DNA of 43,529 nucleotides from a bacterium (GTDB lineage Bacteria; CLD3; SB21): NCBI GenBank assembly GCA_013360215.1, contig JABWCP010000031.1, positions 1 to 43,529 of the forward strand, read 5' to 3'. Shown piece by piece: positions 36,998 to 43,529 of this stretch (position 1 is its first letter; each line of letters starts with the position of its first letter). The notes under the pieces were generated by a model. It saw only the letters and a program-made list of their open reading frames with translations, ran no database searches and was not told where the DNA came from. The position numbers and the translations under genes were made by a program.

Positions 36998-38702
36998 CAC
37001 CGGTCATGATGCCGGAGCTTGTGTAATGATTGACGGCAAGATCATTTCTGCAATCAATGAAGAACGTCTCAATCGAAAAAAAATGTATTGGGGCTTTCCG
37101 ACGCTTTCAATCCCCGAATGTTTGCGTTTGGCGCAAATAAAGCCGGGTGCTATTCAAGCCGTAGCGATCGCCGGTACCAGTTCCACACGTGCCAAACCTA
37201 TGGAGTTTGGTTACAAATCCGTCGGTGGTTTTCGTCGTATTTTTGCCGAACTCAGCCGTACACCCCTGACCGGGCTTTTGATGGGAACGGAAATCGGCAC
37301 TAAACTAACGCGAAAAGTATTCGAATCTTCTTTTTTCCGCGGCACTTCTGAAATTGATTCGGCTCTCAGCGCGGCGGGTATTCACGCACCCATTCATTTT
37401 ATTGATCACCATTTATCCCATGCGACGTCGGCTTATTATACGTCGGGTTGGAATGACTGCGTGACCATCACGCTGGATGCCAGTGGTGACGGTTGGTGTT
37501 CGCGCGTGTACGATTGTGAAAACGGTACGATGAAACTGATCAACTCCATTCCTGCTTATCATTCACCGGGTTTCTATTATTGTTATGTGACCCATTTGCT
37601 CGGTTTTATCGCGCTGCGTCACGAAGGCAAGGTTACCGGGCTCGCCGCATTCGGCAAGTCTGATCAAACAGCCGCTATCTTTAGTGAACGTATCGCCTAT
37701 GATTCAAACAAATTTCGTTTTGATAACCGTGGCGGATGGCTCCAAGGTGAAATGGCGCATCTTCAAAAACAGCTCGAAGGATTCAGTAAAGAAGACATTG
37801 CTGCAGGAATCCAAAAACATCTTGAAGATATGGTTACGGCCTACGCAAAAGACGTTGTACGTAAAACCGGCCGTAAGCGCATCGCATTGAGCGGCGGTGT
37901 ATTTTCTAATGTCAAACTCAACCAAGATGTATGGAAATCCACCGGGGTCGAAGAAGTTTATGTTTTCCCCAACATGGGAGACGGCGGATTGTCTACGGGC
38001 GCGGCTTTTGAGGTATTTCGTCAGCAAAAAGGAACGTGCCAACCCTATCGTTTGCACGATGTATATTTGGGCACTTCGTACAACGACAGTGAAATTGAAA
38101 CGGCGCTCCGGCAATCCGGATTCCCCTACAAACGCTATGACAACGTAGAAGATGAAATAGGCCGATTGCTCTCGGAGAAAAAAATTGTCGCGCGTTTTAA
38201 CGGCGGTATGGAGTACGGTCCGCGCGCGCTGGGCAATCGCTCGATTCTCTATCATTGCCAGGATCGTACGGTCAATGCGTGGCTCAACGATCAGCTGAAT
38301 CGTACGGAATTCATGCCGTTTGCACCGGTGTTACTTAAAGAAGACGCGCATGAATACCTCACCGATTATGATCCCAACCGCGCCTACTCTGCGGAACATA
38401 TGACCATTACGTACAGCGTAACCCAAAAATGTGCTGACACGGCGCCGGCCATCACACACGTTGATCAAACGGCCAGACCGCAATTGGTCACCGAAGATCT
38501 TAACGCCTCGTATTATCGCATCCTAAAAGCTTATAAACAGCGCACAGGGCATTCGATTTTGGTCAATACCAGTTTCAATATGCATGAGGAGCCGATCGTG
38601 CGCTCGCCGGAAGAAGCGATCAAAGCCTACGAACAAAGCCGATTACACGCTTTGGCTATCGGTAACTATATCGTCGAAGTGGACTGGTCAACGCGCCCAT
38701 GA
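36978..38702 (+). CDS. O-carbamoyltransferase, NodU/CmcH/TobZ family
   Basis: HDAGA, EERLNRKK, DHHLSHA, EGKVTGLA, MGDGG, EYGPRALGNRS, MPFAP, NTSFNMHEEPIV; AAGGAG RBS. Confidence 0.93.
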   Translation: MVILGISTGHDAGACVMIDGKIISAINEERLNRKKMYWGFPTLSIPECLRLAQIKPGAIQAVAIAGTSSTRAKPMEFGYKSVGGFRRIFAELSRTPLTGLLMGTEIGTKLTRKVFESSFFRGTSEIDSALSAAGIHAPIHFIDHHLSHATSAYYTSGWNDCVTITLDASGDGWCSRVYDCENGTMKLINSIPAYHSPGFYYCYVTHLLGFIALRHEGKVTGLAAFGKSDQTAAIFSERIAYDSNKFRFDNRGGWLQGEMAHLQKQLEGFSKEDIAAGIQKHLEDMVTAYAKDVVRKTGRKRIALSGGVFSNVKLNQDVWKSTGVEEVYVFPNMGDGGLSTGAAFEVFRQQKGTCQPYRLHDVYLGTSYNDSEIETALRQSGFPYKRYDNVEDEIGRLLSEKKIVARFNGGMEYGPRALGNRSILYHCQDRTVNAWLNDQLNRTEFMPFAPVLLKEDAHEYLTDYDPNRAYSAEHMTITYSVTQKCADTAPAITHVDQTARPQLVTEDLNASYYRILKAYKQRTGHSILVNTSFNMHEEPIVRSPEEAIKAYEQSRLHALAIGNYIVEVDWSTRP

Positions 38703-39499
38703 TCGATACCTTGCATACCATACGCGTACTTGGTTTTCCGACGACTACATTGGATCGGCGATCTCTGCTGTCGGAGATTAACCGCTGGATCACCGTGCGT
38801 GATGCTTCACGCCATCTCATGGCACTCAACCCTATCAAAGTGATCCGTTCACGCAACGAAGCCGACCTCGTTCGTCACATTATGCAGGCGGATATGGTAT
38901 ACCCTGACGCGTTCGGTATCAGTTGGGCTATGAGTGTTTTCTCCGGAAATAAATTTAAACCGATTCCCGGTTGCGATCTGATGCTGGACCTTTTTGCCAT
39001 GGCGGCTCAATCCGGATACAAAATTTTCCTTCTCGGCGCTTCAGAAACCGTTGTATCCGAAGCCGTACAATACATTGCGACGCACCACGCCGGTGCGCAA
39101 ATTGCTGGCTTTCGCCACGGTTATTTTTCAAGTGACGATGAAAAACAAAAAACAGTTCAGCAAATCATTGATGCCCGCCCTGACATGGTATTTGTTGCAA
39201 TGGGTGCACTGGTGCAGGAAAACTGGATACAGGCGATACAGAAAGCTTGTACTCATCAAAATATCTCCATACCTTTGCTCATGGGTGTAGGCGGCAGTTT
39301 TGACGCGATCACAGGGCATGTTCCCCGTCCTCCGCGATGGATGTTACGCCTGCATTTGGAGTGGCTTTTCCGATTATTACAACAGCCGTTTCGCGCTCCA
39401 CGTATGCTGGCGCTGCCCAAATTTGCCACCCTTGTGCTTTTGAAAAAATGGTTTGGTATCAATACGGATGTACAGACCGACGATTTCAAAAAAAATTAA
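38699..39499 (+). CDS. WecG/TagA/CpsF family (GT26) glycosyltransferase
   Basis: YPDAFGI, IPGCDL, HGYF, FVAMG, GVGGSFD, LEWLFRL. Confidence 0.9.
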   Translation: MIDTLHTIRVLGFPTTTLDRRSLLSEINRWITVRDASRHLMALNPIKVIRSRNEADLVRHIMQADMVYPDAFGISWAMSVFSGNKFKPIPGCDLMLDLFAMAAQSGYKIFLLGASETVVSEAVQYIATHHAGAQIAGFRHGYFSSDDEKQKTVQQIIDARPDMVFVAMGALVQENWIQAIQKACTHQNISIPLLMGVGGSFDAITGHVPRPPRWMLRLHLEWLFRLLQQPFRAPRMLALPKFATLVLLKKWFGINTDVQTDDFKKN

Positions 39500-39520
39500 A
39501 ATTCATTTCAGGAATTCACT

Positions 39521-40588
39521 TTGTCTTTTATAGCTACATTTCTCGCCGGACTTATAATCGCCGTCGGTGTTACACCGATGCTTCGCAAAAAACTTTTGGC
39601 GCGCGGCGTTATTGACCAACCGGATGCACGCAAAGTCCATACGAGAGCGATTCCTCGCCTTGGCGGTGTTGCAATCTATTTAGGATTTGTTGTCGCCGTA
39701 TTAACGGCCTATGCTCTTAAAGGCGCTGCTTTTGATGAAAAAATCACTCAATTCGTAGGCCTGCTCGTTGCAGGAACATTTATCGCCGTCGTTGGTGTTT
39801 TTGATGATGTATATAATGTTCGTGCGATTTACAAACTTTTTACGCAAATCGCGGCAGCTTTGATTTTGATAGCATTTGACATTTCTATGGGCAGTTTATC
39901 CAACCCGTTCGGTGGATCTATTGAGCTTGGTGTATGGAATTATCCGGTTACCATTTTTTGGGTCATCGGCGTTATTAACGCGATCAACCTCGTGGACGGT
40001 CTGGATGGATTGGCATCCGGTGTTTCGCTTATCGTTACAATGACTATTTTCCTCATCGCTCTGTATCTTGAAAAAACATACGTGGCATTGATCGCGCTGG
40101 GATTAGCCGGGAGCATACTCGGTTTTTTGAGGCATAATTTTTATCCGGCTAAAATTTTTATGGGCGATACCGGAAGCATGTTTATCGGTTTGATGATTTC
40201 TGCGTTGGGTTTGATCAGCTCTCAAAAATCGGCCGTCAGCTTTGCGATATTAGTTCCTTTTATTGCTTTGGGCTATCCCGTCATTGATACGGCACTGGCT
40301 ATTTTTCGGAGAGCACGCGCAGGGAAAAGTATTTTTACGGCAGATCGTGAGCATATACATCATATTCTTTTATCGTACGGATATTCTCATCCCAAAACGG
40401 TTATTTTTTTATACGTCATATGCCTTTTCTTTGCGACGATGGCATTCCTCTTTGCCGTATATAATAAATCCGGCACATTCACGGTCGGCGTTTTGTTTTT
40501 TGTACTCATATTTATTTTTCTTTTTATCCGCATGATAACGGATTTTAAAAAGAAAACTGAAGAAGATCAGGAAACAGACGATCTGTGA
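39521..40588 (+). CDS. wecA: Undecaprenyl-phosphate GlcNAc-1-phosphate transferase (WecA/TagO, MraY-like)
   Basis: RKVHTRAIPRLGG, GVFDD, NAINLVDGLDGL, FMGDTGS, ADREHIHH; TTG start. Confidence 0.88.
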   Translation: MSFIATFLAGLIIAVGVTPMLRKKLLARGVIDQPDARKVHTRAIPRLGGVAIYLGFVVAVLTAYALKGAAFDEKITQFVGLLVAGTFIAVVGVFDDVYNVRAIYKLFTQIAAALILIAFDISMGSLSNPFGGSIELGVWNYPVTIFWVIGVINAINLVDGLDGLASGVSLIVTMTIFLIALYLEKTYVALIALGLAGSILGFLRHNFYPAKIFMGDTGSMFIGLMISALGLISSQKSAVSFAILVPFIALGYPVIDTALAIFRRARAGKSIFTADREHIHHILLSYGYSHPKTVIFLYVICLFFATMAFLFAVYNKSGTFTVGVLFFVLIFIFLFIRMITDFKKKTEEDQETDDL

Positions 40589-42111
40589 AAAATATCATCC
40601 GCATCGTAATCATCTACGGTATCTTCGGTTCCTGTGCGCTTCACGCACAAACTCATGCCGATCATTCCGCGTCCGTTTTTATTCCCATAGATCACTGGAT
40701 GTATTCTTACATCACTCTTCTCCAGGATCGCGGGCATTTGACTTCGCTCAACCCTTCGGTAAGGCCTTATACGCGAAAAGAAGTATTCGGGGCGGTAAAA
40801 AAATTGAACCCGACCGATCTTTCTTCTGCTGAAAAAAAATGGATCCAACATATCCGGGAAGAATTATCGGATGTTGCAGAAGAGGTCGCCTGTGTGGATA
40901 CGACTCTGATTCGCACTTCATTGGAAGGCCGGTTATCGCTGCGTCGCCAGCAAAAAGATACGCATGGCGATTATTTTGTGAAACCCAACCTCGAAATATC
41001 ATCGGATAATTTCGCCATACATTTGCGCGCGCGCATAGATCATGCACTGCGCCGGGACACCAATTATCAGGGGCGTAAACAAAGTATCGGTGGCGCATAT
41101 CTCCCCGATGCCTATGCTCTTCTTCAATGGAAGAATGTTCGATTAACCGTCGGTCATTATTCGACAAACTGGGGACCTTTTGAAAATAAAAGCCTCATTG
41201 TGTCTGCCAATCCGTATCCCTATGAGCGGATCGAACTATCTTGGACTACAAGAAGGATATCTATTCGAAGCTTTGTTGCGCAGTTAGATCACGCGTACAA
41301 TGCGGGGCGGTATTTTTCTGCGCACAGGATGGATATTCGTCTGCCTCACGGTATTAATCTGGGTATCACCGAATCCGTTATTCATGGAAATGCCGATAAG
41401 ACACAGCCGATAAATTGGAAATACCTCAATCCCGTCAATATTTTTGCCGAAGCGCAATTAAATGGCGGCGGCGATGCGAATGAAAATATCGCTTTCGATG
41501 CGTATGTACCGTTAGGTCGGTTTGTGTTTAAAGGTCAGTTCCTCGTCGACGATTTGATTCTCGACGGCCCGGACAAACCGGCGCCGAATCGAAAGACATC
41601 GCCGGATCGGCTGGGATTTCTGATCACAGGTATTATTAATAATCCCGGTCTCCCATCGTCTCAAGCCCAGCTCGATTACGAACGTGTCAGCTCTTATACG
41701 TACAACATTAAATCATCGCGTCCATGGCAATCCTACACCCATAATGGATTGGGTCTTGGCAGCCCGCGTAATGATCGCGATGCATGGATACTGATGTGGC
41801 GCTATTTTGGTTTTGAGCGTTGGTTGTTGTCTTTGGAAAGTGGTTTTTTTCGCCAAGGCGAGCGCAATTTGAGCAGTCATGATTTTACCGATTCGACCAT
41901 GACCGTGGGCAAATTTCCCAGAGGTTTAGTCGAAAAAACGTGGCGATTAGGCATTCAGGCCGATTATTTTCACGCTCATAATTTCTGGGCTACTTGTAAA
42001 ATATCAACTGACAATGTCCGCAACCGTTCTAACAAAAAAACTCCTCTGCGGCATTACTTGAATGTATTTGTTTCACTTAATTATCAGATAGATCGATATC
42101 TTAACATATAG
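40585..42111 (+). CDS. Capsule assembly Wzi-like outer-membrane beta-barrel protein
   Basis: Signal peptide; PSVRPYTR, NWGP...SLIVS, YFSAHR, GITESVI, YLNP, QFLVDD; amphipathic C-terminal strand. Confidence 0.72.
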   Translation: MKNIIRIVIIYGIFGSCALHAQTHADHSASVFIPIDHWMYSYITLLQDRGHLTSLNPSVRPYTRKEVFGAVKKLNPTDLSSAEKKWIQHIREELSDVAEEVACVDTTLIRTSLEGRLSLRRQQKDTHGDYFVKPNLEISSDNFAIHLRARIDHALRRDTNYQGRKQSIGGAYLPDAYALLQWKNVRLTVGHYSTNWGPFENKSLIVSANPYPYERIELSWTTRRISIRSFVAQLDHAYNAGRYFSAHRMDIRLPHGINLGITESVIHGNADKTQPINWKYLNPVNIFAEAQLNGGGDANENIAFDAYVPLGRFVFKGQFLVDDLILDGPDKPAPNRKTSPDRLGFLITGIINNPGLPSSQAQLDYERVSSYTYNIKSSRPWQSYTHNGLGLGSPRNDRDAWILMWRYFGFERWLLSLESGFFRQGERNLSSHDFTDSTMTVGKFPRGLVEKTWRLGIQADYFHAHNFWATCKISTDNVRNRSNKKTPLRHYLNVFVSLNYQIDRYLNI

Positions 42112-42120
42112 GACTAAGCA

Positions 42121-43529
42121 ATGAACATTCTCGGCATATCCTGTTTTTATCATGATTCGGCGGCCGCCTTGGTACGCGACGGAAAGATCATCGCCGCTGC
42201 ACAAGAAGAGCGTTTTACTCGAAAAAAACACGATGATAATTTTCCAAAACACGCCGTGGAATTTTGTCTTAAAACAGCCGGTATTGATATGTCGCAAATT
42301 GACGTCGTCGCGTTTTATGAAAAACCGCTCGTCAAATTTGAACGATTGCTTCGTACTTATTTTGCTTATGCGCCGATAGGATTCAATTCGTTTATCAAGG
42401 CCATGCCGCAGTGGATCAGAAAAAAACTCTGGATGCAGGAGCTTCTGCTGGAGGAGTTACCGGGCTTTAAAGGAAAAATCATATATCCGGAACATCACGA
42501 ATCGCACGCTGCAGCGGCTTTTTTCCCGTCTCCGTTTCAAGATGCCGCCTTTTTGACGATCGATGGTGTCGGTGAATGGACTACGACCAGTTTTGGAACC
42601 GGGCGCGGGAATAAAATACAAATAGACTACGAAATTCATTTCCCGCATTCACTCGGTCTCTTGTATTCCGCATTTACGTATTATACGGGATTTAAAGTTA
42701 ATTCAGGCGAATACAAAGTCATGGGTCTTGCTCCGTACGGCGAACCCAAATACGTCGATCTGATCTACAAACATCTGATTGACCTCAAAGAAGACGGGTC
42801 GTTTCGGATGAATATGGACTATTTTGATTTCGCCGCAGGCCTCACAATGACCAATGCTAAATTTGACGCAATCTTCGGCGGACCGCCGCGTAAACCGGAA
42901 AGCCGCCTGGGGCAACGTGAAATGGATCTAGCCAAGTCCGTGCAAGTGGTCACCGAAGAAATAATGATGCGTATGTCCAAACATGTACGGAAAATCACCG
43001 GTCAAAAAAATCTCTGTTTGGCCGGCGGGGTGGCGCTCAATTGCGTGGCCAACGGCAAACTTCTCAAAGAACGTGTTTTTGAAAATGTATGGATACAACC
43101 GGCCGCAGGCGACGCAGGCAGCGCATTGGGTGCCGCACTTTTCGGTTGGTATCAATATGCCAACAACCCGCGCAACGCCGATAATAAAAATGATACACAG
43201 TTTGCTTCGTACCTCGGTCCTGATTTTACGGACGCCGAAATTGAAGCCTATTTAATATCCCACGATATCCCTTACAAAAAACACGATCGCTCTGCTATGG
43301 TACAATCCGTCGCCGGCATCCTAGCCGACGAAAAGGTCGTGGGTTGGTTTCAAAACCGTATGGAATTCGGCCCGCGTGCATTGGGCTCACGCAGTATCAT
43401 CGGCGACGCCCGTTCTACGAAAATGCAATCCGTAATGAACCTGAAGATCAAATACCGCGAATCATTCCGCCCGTTTGCGCCGAGCGTTTTGCGTGAAAAA
43501 ATGACGGATTATTTTGACGTGGATTACGA
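42121..43529 (+). CDS. O-carbamoyltransferase, NodU/SxtI-like (3' end beyond window)
   Basis: Not in ORF track (no stop). Manual translation MNILGISCFYHDSAAAL...AAQEERFTRKKHD...EHHESHA...DGVGE...GEYKVMGLAPYG...GGVALNCVANG...MEFGPRALGSRS...YRESFRPFAP. Confidence 0.95.
   Translation, partial: MNILGISCFYHDSAAALVRDGKIIAAAQEERFTRKKHDDNFPKHAVEFCLKTAGIDMSQIDVVAFYEKPLVKFERLLRTYFAYAPIGFNSFIKAMPQWIRKKLWMQELLLEELPGFKGKIIYPEHHESHAAAAFFPSPFQDAAFLTIDGVGEWTTTSFGTGRGNKIQIDYEIHFPHSLGLLYSAFTYYTGFKVNSGEYKVMGLAPYGEPKYVDLIYKHLIDLKEDGSFRMNMDYFDFAAGLTMTNAKFDAIFGGPPRKPESRLGQREMDLAKSVQVVTEEIMMRMSKHVRKITGQKNLCLAGGVALNCVANGKLLKERVFENVWIQPAAGDAGSALGAALFGWYQYANNPRNADNKNDTQFASYLGPDFTDAEIEAYLISHDIPYKKHDRSAMVQSVAGILADEKVVGWFQNRMEFGPRALGSRSIIGDARSTKMQSVMNLKIKYRESFRPFAPSVLREKMTDYFDVDY

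Larger units (their letters stand above)
16220..43529 (+). other. Surface polysaccharide/glycan biosynthesis and decoration locus (continues beyond window)
   Basis: 24 tightly packed co-directional glycan-related genes with many overlapping start/stop codons. Confidence 0.92.

Noticed and set aside
34199..38255. Long antisense ORFs (34199-34780, 37704-38255) and similar short track ORFs elsewhere
   Set aside because: Fully nested opposite conserved genes; typical codon-bias shadows
42073..43255. Several short track ORFs suggesting a gene-poor or pseudogene region
   Set aside because: The region is one open frame from 42121 encoding a carbamoyltransferase that runs off the window edge
28336..43529. 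Saxitoxin biosynthesis (sxtI/sxtK/sxtL-like genes)
   Set aside because: No sxtA PKS-like, sxtG amidinotransferase or other core genes; the context is entirely polysaccharide
1..43529. CRISPR arrays, tRNA/rRNA, IS elements, prophage or defence genes
   Set aside because: Coding density is very high, intergenic gaps are under 200 bp, and no repeat-spacer pattern, cloverleaf or transposase/integrase motif was seen by eye

Overview
Bacterial chromosomal window of about 40 protein-coding genes. No rRNA, tRNA, CRISPR array, transposase or prophage gene was seen. Gene content (tandem DUF2911, stand-alone PASTA protein, Wzi-like barrel) suggests an FCB-group bacterium (inference). The left ~15 kb is housekeeping and signalling: a beta-CASP metallo-beta-lactamase, a TIP30-like oxidoreductase, two DUF2911 paralogs, a sodium:solute symporter with an uncalled 41-aa partner, a REC/HD-GYP phosphodiesterase, rhodanese, an HpcH-like aldolase, a methyltransferase, Ste24 peptidase, an ABC-F ATPase and a hybrid kinase-receiver-comF operon. 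From 15502 to the right edge is one co-directional surface-glycan locus (>28 kb) with an AT-rich core. It encodes six GT4/GT2 glycosyltransferases, a GT-C protein, RfbA, RffA/WecE, an acyltransferase, two O-antigen ligase/polymerase-like proteins, an SGNH protein, AsnB, WecG-, WecA- and Wzi-like proteins and two NodU-family carbamoyltransferases. The best candidate for an undescribed system is a 55-aa membrane microprotein missing from the ORF track (31435-31602, DUF5989/SxtK-like). It ends in FIYTLF, the C-terminal tyrosine acyl-shuttle motif of DltX and AlgI/PatA-type proteins, and lies with a membrane-anchored SGNH protein and carbamoyltransferases but no visible MBOAT. This suggests a trans-membrane carbamoyl relay for glycan decoration (hypothesis). 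All family calls are from motif recognition by eye, not database searches.
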